Position numbers and translations under genes: made by a program. The notes beneath the pieces are model-generated. The model did no database searches. It saw only the letters and a list, made by a program, of their open reading frames with translations, and was not told where the DNA came from. Shown piece after piece: positions 1-9,183 of a stretch of 64,000 nucleotides of DNA. Each line of letters begins with the position of its first letter. Positions within the stretch are counted from its first letter, which is position 1. This stretch comes from Promethearchaeota archaeon. Lineage in GTDB: Archaea; Asgardarchaeota; Lokiarchaeia; Sigyniarchaeales; SOKP01. The stretch spans positions 1 through 64,000 of the forward strand of contig JAGXNO010000011.1 in the NCBI GenBank assembly GCA_019894975.1, given 5' to 3'.

Positions 1-1735
1 CACATGAGCCAACGTTTACTAGACATCCTCTATCAAAATCTCCTGCAAATCTGTCATATAAAGTTTTACCCTCTTCATCTTTTACAAGGCCAATATCCAT
101 TGCACCACAACCAGACACAACAACAATGTAATTTCTTATTAGGAACTCTTCTGCCATTTTGTATAATTCTTGGATTTCATGAGCATAATTACCACATCCT
201 ATAATAGCGACTATTCCCGGAATTTCCCCTAGAACGATTGGAGCCCCTACATTACGAATTTCGGTGTCCATGATTGGTCCTCTTCCCGATCTACAGTTAT
301 ATCTCTCTGTCTTGATATATTCCCTTCCCGCATATTGAATAAGAGTTAATGGAGAAACATCCTTCATACAATCTGATTCGCATCTACCACATCCTAAACA
401 ATCATGGAATATACTTTCTAACACTGAAAAATCAACATCCTTTGCTAAATTAATACCTTCTACAAGAGCTAGATCATTTGGACAGTTTCTTTGGCAGTTT
501 CCACAACCATTACATCTCATTGCCATATCTTGACATCCCTTTTCATCGGGAACGCCACTTTTACCTTTTCTTATTGGTTTGATCTTAAGTGATGTTTCTG
601 CTGCGACTTCACCTGCTTTTATTGGATCTAATATCAAAACACCATCCATCTTCCCACTTACTAAATCATCAACAATTTCCATCATTGGATCATCTGTCCT
701 ATCGGCAAAACCTCCCATGATTTTTTCGTTGGTGGTAATATATGGTGCTCCAACAGCTTTTGATTCCTCATATGTTCTCAAATTGACACATTGTTCATCT
801 ACCATCACTACGTCAGCTAAACCAGAACGAATGTAGTGTAATTGCCTTGAATAAGAACCAATAATTTTTGCCCCTTCATAGTAGCGAGTAAGATCATGAG
901 CAGTACAACAAATTGCACCTACATCAATCTTATCTTCATAACCTTTTTCTCTAATATAGTCTACTAGTTCAACTCCAGGAGCTACGTTATGTCCAATCAT
1001 TAATATAGTTGCTTTATTCTCCGTATCCATAGTACCCATTCCTAATTCTACGATAGGTGCTTCAGGATCTCCCACAGGCATCCCGTAAGCAGCTATTTGT
1101 ATAGCATCAGAAATTTCCATTCCAACTGAATCACATAAACCAGCAAGGAAGCTTTTTGCTTCGTAATCAAGATAACTTGATTCTTGACCTGTATGACCTG
1201 CGGCTAAGAGCTGGGTTAAAGTATAATGAACATATTCCATCGCAGTCTCCAAGTCTTCTAAGTTCTCTGGCTTCATACCAAGTACCAAACGAGTATGTGG
1301 CATTTCTACGGCAATATTGTTCCCAAAATTAATTGGTACATTTCCATATTTCTCCTTTAACCAGTGAAGTAAATGATCGCCGTGTGCTGAATGACACGCT
1401 GCACCTATACAGCATGCAATTTCAACAATTCTTGCTTGTTGTGTTTCCATGTTTATTCCGCATGCACCAGTTCTCCCTTTAGAAAGATTACACTTACCAT
1501 ATGTACATAAACAACACATATCACAAATGGGCATATAGAAAGGTTTATATCGATCCATTAGCTTGAAAAACCATGATCTTAGATCTCTAAGCCCAGGAGC
1601 AGGAGTAGGTCCCATAGGTTCCCATTCTGTCTCATCACCATAAGAAATCCTTCCAGTAGTCAGTTCAAAGCCTTTAATCGAGCCAAGAGGTCCTTTATAT
1701 TCGTCAATCTTTATTTTTGCGCCTTTTTGTTCCAT
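1..1735 (-). CDS. cdhA: Acetyl-CoA decarbonylase/synthase (CODH/ACS) complex alpha subunit; 3' end runs off the window
   Basis: Not in the ORF track because it is open to the edge. Manual translation from ATG 1735 gives MEQKGAKIKIDEYKGPLGSIKGFELTTG...WEPMGPTPAPGLRDLRSW...PICDMCCLCTYGKCNLSKGRTGACGI...GAACHSAHG, typical of archaeal CdhA, followed later by CxxCxxCxxxCP ferredoxin-like motifs. Confidence 0.93.
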   Translation of the reverse strand, partial: MEQKGAKIKIDEYKGPLGSIKGFELTTGRISYGDETEWEPMGPTPAPGLRDLRSWFFKLMDRYKPFYMPICDMCCLCTYGKCNLSKGRTGACGINMETQQARIVEIACCIGAACHSAHGDHLLHWLKEKYGNVPINFGNNIAVEMPHTRLVLGMKPENLEDLETAMEYVHYTLTQLLAAGHTGQESSYLDYEAKSFLAGLCDSVGMEISDAIQIAAYGMPVGDPEAPIVELGMGTMDTENKATILMIGHNVAPGVELVDYIREKGYEDKIDVGAICCTAHDLTRYYEGAKIIGSYSRQLHYIRSGLADVVMVDEQCVNLRTYEESKAVGAPYITTNEKIMGGFADRTDDPMMEIVDDLVSGKMDGVLILDPIKAGEVAAETSLKIKPIRKGKSGVPDEKGCQDMAMRCNGCGNCQRNCPNDLALVEGINLAKDVDFSVLESIFHDCLGCGRCESDCMKDVSPLTLIQYAGREYIKTERYNCRSGRGPIMDTEIRNVGAPIVLGEIPGIVAIIGCGNYAHEIQELYKMAEEFLIRNYIVVVSGCGAMDIGLVKDEEGKTLYDRFAGDFDRGCLVNVGSC

Positions 1736-1875
1736 TTTAAATTCACTTTATTTTTTGAATTGTTTATAGATTTTTTTTGAATTTAATAATTATAATTGTT
1801 ATAATTAATCCCATAAAATAAAAGCTATTGATTAACTTTTAAAATGAATTAGGACAATTTATTTATGGATATTTA

Positions 1876-1891
1876 GTGTGAAATTTCACAC
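1876..1891. promoter_or_regulatory. Perfect 16-bp palindrome (GTGTGAAATTTCACAC), candidate operator in the divergent cdhA/DUF1295 intergenic region
   Basis: Palindrome seen directly; the function is inferred from position. Confidence 0.45.
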
Positions 1892-1992
1892 AAGCTTTTA
1901 GATACGTTTTTAGTTCTTATTTTGGTAAAATATCTAGGTTTAATACAATTCCTTAATTACCAATGAAAAGGACGGGGATATATGATTAGAAA

Positions 1993-2892
1993 ATGGTAAA
2001 TATTAATCTAATTAAGGCTTATATTGTTGTTGTTTGTTCTTATGCACTTGCATTTTTTGTAGCAATTTTAGTAGGGATGATGACCATTACTTTCCATCCA
2101 CTTGTGATGATCTTATTTGCAGATTTAGCGGCAACATTGGTTATTTTTGTCATAAGTACGATAATAAAAAACACTAGCTTATATGATCCCTATTGGAACA
2201 TTGCTCCTTTAGTGATTGGATTTTACTTCTTAATCTTTCTTGAAGGACCAAAACTTGATAATATACGTTATATCATTGTATTTATTCTCGTAGCAATTTG
2301 GTCAATAAGACTGACATATAACTGGTTAAGGGGATGGCGCGGATTAAAGCACGAAGACTGGAGGTATATGTACTACAGGGATAAGATGGGAAAGAAATTT
2401 TGGTTCATAAATCTTACTGGTTTACAATTAATGCCAACTATTTTGGTTTATCTTGGAACCATTTCTGTATACCCCGCGGTTTCATTGAGAAAAAATTCAT
2501 TGGGTATCCTTGATCTTGTTGCCATCATTATAACGCTAGGATCGATTCTCTTAGAAACAATAGCAGATCAGCAAATGTATAATTTTATTAAAAATCGTGA
2601 AAATTCTGACCAAATTATAAATCAAGGCTTGTGGAAATACTCAAGACACCCTAATTATTTAGGAGAAATATTGTTTTGGTGGGGTTTATTTATTTTTGCC
2701 CTAGCTTCTGATCTCAATTTCATTTGGGCTATAATTGGACCTCTTTCTATTACGATTCTTTTTAATATTGTGAGTATTCCCTTGATAGAAAAGCAAAAAT
2801 TAGAGAAGAGACCTGACTATGCCAATTATAAGAAACGAGTTTCAAGGTTAATACTGTGGTTCCCAAAGAATAAAGTTCAAAAAGAAGACTGA
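1993..2892 (+). CDS. DUF1295 family membrane protein (steroid 5-alpha-reductase-like)
   Basis: Multiple TM segments; YDPYW, EDWRY, ETIADQQ and GLWKYSRHPNYLGE..FWWG motifs. Confidence 0.88.
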   Translation: MVNINLIKAYIVVVCSYALAFFVAILVGMMTITFHPLVMILFADLAATLVIFVISTIIKNTSLYDPYWNIAPLVIGFYFLIFLEGPKLDNIRYIIVFILVAIWSIRLTYNWLRGWRGLKHEDWRYMYYRDKMGKKFWFINLTGLQLMPTILVYLGTISVYPAVSLRKNSLGILDLVAIIITLGSILLETIADQQMYNFIKNRENSDQIINQGLWKYSRHPNYLGEILFWWGLFIFALASDLNFIWAIIGPLSITILFNIVSIPLIEKQKLEKRPDYANYKKRVSRLILWFPKNKVQKED

Positions 2893-2922
2893 ATAAAAAA
2901 AGTTGAAAGTGAATGTCAACTT
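2893..2922 (-). terminator. Possible terminator for alba (7-bp hairpin followed by a U-tract)
   Basis: AAGTTGA (2900-2906) / TCAACTT (2916-2922) inverted repeat, then a T-run on the minus strand, between convergent genes. Confidence 0.35.
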
Positions 2923-2972
2923 AAATCTCATTTAATTGAATCATTAAATCCTAAAAAAAATTCGAATTCTTT

Positions 2973-3263
2973 TTATCCCGAAGGTGAAACAACGATCTCC
3001 ATTGAGCTTACATTATTTTCACGACCATCCTCGCCTTTAAGTTGCTCTGTAGAAATGCGAATATCTTTATACACCGTTCCTTTCAAAAAGCGATTTTTTA
3101 GAATCTCACAAATATCGACGGCGTGAGAAATCGCTCTACCGCGAGCCTTTACTGTACAATCTTCTCCTTTATTCAAGATCATCATCACTGCCATTACATA
3201 ATTCATCGTAGGACGACGCCCTACGAAGACTGAGTTTTCTTGACCGTTCTCTTTTTTTCCCAT
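2973..3263 (-). CDS. albA: DNA/RNA-binding protein Alba
   Basis: VFVGRRPTMNYV, VKARGRAISHAVD and NVSSMEI signature; 96 aa. Confidence 0.95.
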   Translation of the reverse strand: MGKKENGQENSVFVGRRPTMNYVMAVMMILNKGEDCTVKARGRAISHAVDICEILKNRFLKGTVYKDIRISTEQLKGEDGRENNVSSMEIVVSPSG

Positions 3264-3557
3264 TTTCTCTGAATTGTTGTTTTTTTACTCTCTATATTAA
3301 TAGGTTATTTTATGTATTATGATTTAAATTCTTGTGGATTACAAGATTTGTTGTGATTCTTTTGGTTCTCACATATTTTACTCAATCTTATAATAATGAT
3401 ATTTCAATAGAACATATTGGTTCTTTTCCAAACCATTCAACAAGTAACTTTAATTATGTATCTGAAATAGTGAAGTCAAAATTAGATAGTTATAAATCAT
3501 TAGTTAAAATAATAGAAAGGATTTCAAGAGAAATAAATTTAGAAACATCATCTATGC

Positions 3558-4151
3558 CTAAAGAGTAGAAAGAAAGTCAGAAACATTTTCTTCGGATTCT
3601 TCATCTATTAAACCGGCATCTATTTCTCCACCGATATAATTGAATCTGTAAGTACACTTTTCTTCGTCCAATAAGGCACATCCGATTTCTTCTCCATCAA
3701 CATCCATTTTTAAAATGTCAAATAAACCATTGAATATCCCTTGGTATAATAAACAAATGTTTTTTGCCATGATGTTGTTTGATTCTTCGCAAGCAAGCGA
3801 ATCTTTAACATCTATTATAATATGATCTTTTTTAAACTTACCAAGTATATGACCATATCCCATGAGTTCTAATGCTTCAAGTGATACTAGAAATACTTCT
3901 TTTCTCGTTGCCATAGACTCACTTTCCCAATCTTTACTAACAAAGAACTTTTGCATAAATACTCTACCTAATGACTTACCTACCCAAATAAGTATATCAT
4001 CTGCGTTTGTGCCTGCAAATTCGGAGAACTCAATTATATCAAGGGGTCTAAGCATTAACAATTTCATATCTTTCTTTTTATCCCCAAAAAATAACTGCCC
4101 TTCTTTTTCATCAATCATTATTTGTAAATCTTTTTTCAGCCTTTTCGACAT
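3558..4151 (-). CDS. V4R-domain protein (Bet3/TRAPP-related fold)
   Basis: GKSLGR...MGYG...CLLYQGIFNGLF...EIGC...CTYRF pattern typical of V4R domains. Confidence 0.75.
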   Translation of the reverse strand: MSKRLKKDLQIMIDEKEGQLFFGDKKKDMKLLMLRPLDIIEFSEFAGTNADDILIWVGKSLGRVFMQKFFVSKDWESESMATRKEVFLVSLEALELMGYGHILGKFKKDHIIIDVKDSLACEESNNIMAKNICLLYQGIFNGLFDILKMDVDGEEIGCALLDEEKCTYRFNYIGGEIDAGLIDEESEENVSDFLSTL

Positions 4152-4310
4152 TTTTATCCCCTAAATCGATTCTCACAGAGGTTTAATAAATTTTTATAAA
4201 GATGTTATTTCTTATAATAGAAATTTAAGTGCCTAGATATTTAAATTTAATGATTCTATCATTACTGTTCAAAATTTACCCTAATCGAGAGAATAATTTT
4301 TAAAATATTT

Positions 4311-5309
4311 TTAATCAGCCATCAGATCGAAGATTGTCTGAACTGTTGATTCAATATTATGATTGGTTTTTACTGATGTAAATAAGAATTTCCAGTCTCG
4401 ATTCTTTATTCTATCAAACTCAAAATAATTAAAGACTTCTTCCCTTAAATTCTGAAGTTGAGCATCAGATTGTTTTACTAAATCACTTTTATTTCCTAAT
4501 ATTAATAAGGGGACAGCATCCAATTCATTGCTATTTAAAATATTCCAAAATTCTTTTTTTGCTTCTTCAAATCTTCTCTGATTTGCAATATCTAACATGT
4601 AAACTAGGATATTAGAATCTTGTAACCCTTTAAGCCACCTAGATCTAAAACCTAATTGTCCAGGCATGTCCCAAATAGCCAACAAGCCACCATATTCTTC
4701 AATATATTCAATTTCAAATTTGCGAGTTGGTGTAAAGAAATTCTCGTTGAACTCTCCTGTTTTCAATAGACGTACAAGACTTGATTTTCCGGAATTATCA
4801 ATCCCAAAGAGAAAAACCTTAAAGAATGCGTCTCTCTGGAAGTAATGCTCAATTTCGGGTGTTTTTTCTACGACTTCGTCACCATATCTTCGAAGGTCAA
4901 TGAACATTGAAATTAATAAATTATCAATTTCCATCTCCTCATCAAAAGAATACCCGTTCCCATTATTGAGCAATTCACACAATAATTCTTCAAATATCTC
5001 TTTATAATCATAAGGGTTGTCTTCATCCTCAAAAATTAAACCCACAATTATTTCTTCATTTATACAGGACGTATAGATATTAAAGTCATTAATATATTGA
5101 GCAATTGGCGTATCAATTTTGAAATGATTTGCTGTTTCACAGGAAGAAGGAGTAATTTCATTATCGGTTATTTTTTCTTGATCATGCCCTTTAATGATAT
5201 TGTTAACAAGGGTTTTATTATTGGTATTAATAATTTCTTTGGGATAACAGTAAATATTAAGATCCTCTAAATCTTTTTTACCCTTGAATAAAAAAATATC
5301 GCGTAGCAA
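4311..5309 (-). CDS. Arf-family small GTPase with an ~160-aa N-terminal extra domain (eukaryotic signature protein)
   Basis: G1 GIDNSGKS, G2 PT, G3 WDMPGQ, G4 NKSD, G5 TSVK. GxDNxGK and WDxxGQ are Arf-like. Confidence 0.9.
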   Translation of the reverse strand: MLRDIFLFKGKKDLEDLNIYCYPKEIINTNNKTLVNNIIKGHDQEKITDNEITPSSCETANHFKIDTPIAQYINDFNIYTSCINEEIIVGLIFEDEDNPYDYKEIFEELLCELLNNGNGYSFDEEMEIDNLLISMFIDLRRYGDEVVEKTPEIEHYFQRDAFFKVFLFGIDNSGKSSLVRLLKTGEFNENFFTPTRKFEIEYIEEYGGLLAIWDMPGQLGFRSRWLKGLQDSNILVYMLDIANQRRFEEAKKEFWNILNSNELDAVPLLILGNKSDLVKQSDAQLQNLREEVFNYFEFDRIKNRDWKFLFTSVKTNHNIESTVQTIFDLMAD

Positions 5310-5489
5310 TTGTATTTCCGAAATTCTTAATTCCTATATGGTTGAAAATCAAAAGTACTTAAAAAAAGTTTGGAATCTTGCAGAGGTTGTATACTTTTAA
5401 AGTTTTCGGTTTAGCTTATAAAAGACAAACACCCTAATGGATTTGAGAAATGAATAATAATATTAAAATTTAAAAATTGAATAAATTGA

Positions 5490-6914
5490 TTAATCCTCTT
5501 CTTTTTCTGCTGGTTCTTCTGATGGAATTTCTTCTTTTTTATCTTCAGGTTCTTCTTTTGGTTCTTCGCTTTGCTCAGAACTTGGTTGCTCAGTTGGTTC
5601 AGGTTCACCTTTAGCGCCTACAGGAGTTTCGCAATGGGGGCATTTACTCCATCCAGGTCTTAAAGCATATCCGCATTTCACACATTCTTTCAGATCCGTG
5701 TCTGGTTCCCATTCAGGAATATCTAAGCCTCCCTGTCTCTTTCGAGCCAAGTCCTGTAAGTCTTCTTCAGTCCAAACTTCCATACCTTCAGGTAAGCCAG
5801 TTCCTCGTTCAGTAGCAAATTTGTTTAATTCATCCTCTGTCCATGAAGGCATATCTGGTTGGGATTCCATTCTTTTTTGAGCTTCCGAAGCTAATTCTTC
5901 AGCGGTCCACACTTTAATTTCTTGACCTCCGGGAGTTCTCATTGCACCTGTTTGTTGAGGTGCCGTCTGTCCCGGAGCCTGTGGTTGTTGAGAGGGTGCC
6001 CCCGTAGAGGGAACATTACATGATTCGGCAGAAAATCTTAATAATGCTTCAAAGCATCTTGAATTTTGATTTGGATCTTTCCCCTCGTCAACTAATAGTA
6101 ATAATGTAGTCTTTTCTGCATTTTGAGGGACTGCAATGCCGCAAACGGCTATATCCGAAGAAATTCGGTTTGATTCCAATCCTGAAGTTATTCGTCCCAT
6201 TGAATTTATTAATTCATCATCTTTCATCAAAAAATCACATATTGGATCTCCATGTCTCTGATACGCTTCCTGATATTTCGCAAGGTGATTTCTTGTTAAT
6301 GTTGAGTCTAAAGAGGTAATAATTGCACTGACATAGGAATATATTTGAGATTTGGGTTCTTTTTGAGACTCATCAAGCTTGTATCCACCCAAATCAATAG
6401 TTCCCATAATTGGAGCAAAAAGTGGTTTCTCTCCCTTCATTTTCCCAAAGATTGTTGACCGTGAGAGAAGAGATTTAACTTCACCATAATATGCAATAGA
6501 GGTATCTAATAGTTCTACTTTCTTGTCGAAAACTATGCGAGGGACAGTACGAAATAGAACATCACCCCAAGGCATTTCTTTTACAGGGATTATAGCAACA
6601 CATGTCTTTTCAATTAATTCTTTCAAGATTTTAACGTAATTCTTTAACTCTTTTTTTAAATCTTCGTACTCCTCGTTAGCTAATTCCTCATTTGCTCTTT
6701 TTTCGAGTTCCTTAAATTTTTCCTCATTTACTTTCAGATTACCTCCAAAGGATTTAACTTCACCTACAATATTATCTTTCATTATTGCAGTTGCGCTTTC
6801 AATCGCTTTTTTCTGGAAATCTGTAAGTTCATGTTCTTCGCTTGGTACTAAGTAATCAGCAGGGTCAAATTCCAGCTTATTTTGGAACACTTGAAAAAGT
6901 TTCTGTTCTGACAC
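5490..6914 (-). CDS. Hypothetical protein with a Q/P-rich linker, three WTxE[ED]L repeats, a zinc ribbon and an acidic tail
   Basis: 474-aa ORF; CVKCG...CPHC ribbon; repeats visible in the translation. Confidence 0.75.
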   Translation of the reverse strand: MSEQKLFQVFQNKLEFDPADYLVPSEEHELTDFQKKAIESATAIMKDNIVGEVKSFGGNLKVNEEKFKELEKRANEELANEEYEDLKKELKNYVKILKELIEKTCVAIIPVKEMPWGDVLFRTVPRIVFDKKVELLDTSIAYYGEVKSLLSRSTIFGKMKGEKPLFAPIMGTIDLGGYKLDESQKEPKSQIYSYVSAIITSLDSTLTRNHLAKYQEAYQRHGDPICDFLMKDDELINSMGRITSGLESNRISSDIAVCGIAVPQNAEKTTLLLLVDEGKDPNQNSRCFEALLRFSAESCNVPSTGAPSQQPQAPGQTAPQQTGAMRTPGGQEIKVWTAEELASEAQKRMESQPDMPSWTEDELNKFATERGTGLPEGMEVWTEEDLQDLARKRQGGLDIPEWEPDTDLKECVKCGYALRPGWSKCPHCETPVGAKGEPEPTEQPSSEQSEEPKEEPEDKKEEIPSEEPAEKEED

Positions 6915-7071
6915 TTCTTTTCCCTTTATTTCCTTTATAATTTTGAATAATAGATATTTATAATTATAGCAACGGAATGAATATAAAAATTTATTTGAAT
7001 CCGGTATTTATCGAAATTAAAGAGAAAATAATATTTTACTTCTTTAAACTTGAGTTACCAGAGAAAAAATT

Positions 7072-8124
7072 ATGAAGAATCCAAACAACCAAATAAAGAA
7101 GCAAGTAAATGATATAGTTGTATATTTTGTATCAACAATACCAGATCCTGCTCGAAATTACATTTCAGAAAGATTGCGTGATTTCAAGAATGTAAACCTT
7201 GTATTTAGAACTAAAAATTCAAATGAAAGTATTACAAACTCGGTTTCAGACGCCGATATTTTAATAGGGTGGCGTCCATCGAAAGAATTATTGTCTAACG
7301 CTTCAAAGGTTAAATTATTTATAAATCCCGGAGCAGGAATTCAGCATTTATTGACCTTGTTTAGAGAAATAAATGAAGAGAGAGAAATCTTACTTATCAA
7401 TGGGCACGGAAATTCATATTTTGTTGCTCAGCATGCTGTAGCACTTTTACTCACCCTTATGAATAAAACTATCCTTCATCATGAATGGATGCAACAAGGA
7501 AAATGGAGAACTGGTGATAATGATGCAATTTCCATTCCATTACGATTCAAAAAAATAGGTTTCTTAGGATATGGGGCAATAAATCAGAAAATTCATAAAT
7601 TTTTAAGCGGATTTGATGTCGAATTTTCAATACTAAGAAAGCATTGGGATAAGCAGAATTCACCTATGCCAACAGAAGCAAAGAGATATGAATTTTCGCA
7701 TCTCCATGATTTTCTTAATGAAATTGAAATACTAATTATAGGGATTCCTTTAACAACAATAACAAGGAAACTGATTAAAAGAGAAGAATTAAACCTTTTA
7801 GGAAAAGAGGGATTAATAGTAAATATTGCCCGAGGAGACATTATAGATGAGGAGAGTCTTTATGATTGTTTAAAGGATAAAATTATAACTGGGGCTGCGA
7901 TTGATGTATGGTATGATTATACACCAAAAAGTGATGGAGAAGGTAAAAAACATCCTTTTCATTTTCCATTTCATACTCTTGATAACATAATTCTTTCACC
8001 TCATAGAGGATACTCACCATTCAGTGATTTATTACGATGGGATGAGGTAATTGAGAATATAAAGCGAATGGCTCAAGGAAGGGATGACTTTATTAATGTT
8101 GTGAATTTAGATGAAGAATATTAA
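7072..8124 (+). CDS. D-isomer-specific 2-hydroxyacid dehydrogenase (NAD-binding)
   Basis: GFLGYGAI Rossmann motif, VNIARG, AAIDVW and ILSPH. Confidence 0.9.
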   Translation: MKNPNNQIKKQVNDIVVYFVSTIPDPARNYISERLRDFKNVNLVFRTKNSNESITNSVSDADILIGWRPSKELLSNASKVKLFINPGAGIQHLLTLFREINEEREILLINGHGNSYFVAQHAVALLLTLMNKTILHHEWMQQGKWRTGDNDAISIPLRFKKIGFLGYGAINQKIHKFLSGFDVEFSILRKHWDKQNSPMPTEAKRYEFSHLHDFLNEIEILIIGIPLTTITRKLIKREELNLLGKEGLIVNIARGDIIDEESLYDCLKDKIITGAAIDVWYDYTPKSDGEGKKHPFHFPFHTLDNIILSPHRGYSPFSDLLRWDEVIENIKRMAQGRDDFINVVNLDEEY

Positions 8125-8617
8125 AAAGTAGATTTAATTTTAAATAGATCTTACTAATCATAATTATTTCAAGAGTAGAGTCTTATTTAATATTTTTTAC
8201 CCAAAAATTATGATAATTGTGACTAAATTTTTTAATTTTGTTTAACTAAATGTCTATTAGAATTAAAAATCTCTTCATGACAATTTAATTAAATGAAAAA
8301 TGTTTATTCAAATTCAAATCTAAATTGAAATGATTCAAAAAAACTTTGATATAAATTAAAAATTTTTTATTCAAGTATATAAATCCCAAAAACACCCTTA
8401 AATTTAAGGAGTAGAGCATTGTTTAAAAAATTAACGTATTAATAAACATTTTGGAATTGGAAAGACATGACAAAATAGTATTGCTTTAAATATATTAATG
8501 CGGTAAAAAAAAATGTTTATATATTATCATATCATCTTTATTCATGTAAAAAAAATTGTGGTTAAAGGCGATTGTTTGTAAAAAGGTTCTAGGCAGTATG
8601 CCGAATCTTGATTTTGA

Positions 8618-8923
8618 ATGAGGAGAAATGATATGAAAATTGTCACCGTTAATATACCTGAAACTTATCTCGAAAGTATACAGAGATTAATTGGGGAGGA
8701 TGGATTATATCCTTCACGATCTGAATTAATTCGTGTTGCCGTGCGGGAATTTTTAATAAAAGAGTTAAAAAGGGCAAACGAAATGATAAGATATAAAGAA
8801 GTCGAGGTTGAGGAACTCGATGATGAGAACTTTGTTCGTGTACCTGTTGAAAAAATGGACGAAAATAACGAACCTGTTCGAGAATTCAAGACTTATAAGA
8901 TAATTAAAAGGCTTGAATATTAA
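8618..8923 (+). CDS. Ribbon-helix-helix (CopG/Arc/MetJ) transcriptional regulator
   Basis: MKIVTVNIPE...GLYPSRSELIRVAVREFL. Confidence 0.88.
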   Translation: MRRNDMKIVTVNIPETYLESIQRLIGEDGLYPSRSELIRVAVREFLIKELKRANEMIRYKEVEVEELDDENFVRVPVEKMDENNEPVREFKTYKIIKRLEY

Positions 8924-9183
8924 GTTTTCAATGAATTTTTAGGTTAGTAAGGAAAACTCTTTCCTCATTTTCTTTTTTTTTAATTTTGCTTGACGTAAGG
9001 TTGAATAGATTCTCAAATGTGATTTATATAGATAAGAGATTTAATTTAGGGCAAAATTAAAACAGTTGAGATATTATGATTGTTATTTATAAGTAATTAT
9101 GTATTTAAGGAAGAAATAAATTAGATATTAATATTAAACTCTAAGATATAATTCAATTAGAAGGAAACAAAGAGGTAATTTTC

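Noticed and set aside
3332-3568. 78-aa plus-strand ORF between alba and the V4R gene
   Set aside because: TTG start, no recognisable motif, and it lies in an AT-rich gap; cannot be supported.
8125-8617. Long AT-rich intergenic region as a replication origin or ncRNA
   Set aside because: No ORB-like repeats, no adjacent cdc6/orc1 and no GC-rich structured segment seen.
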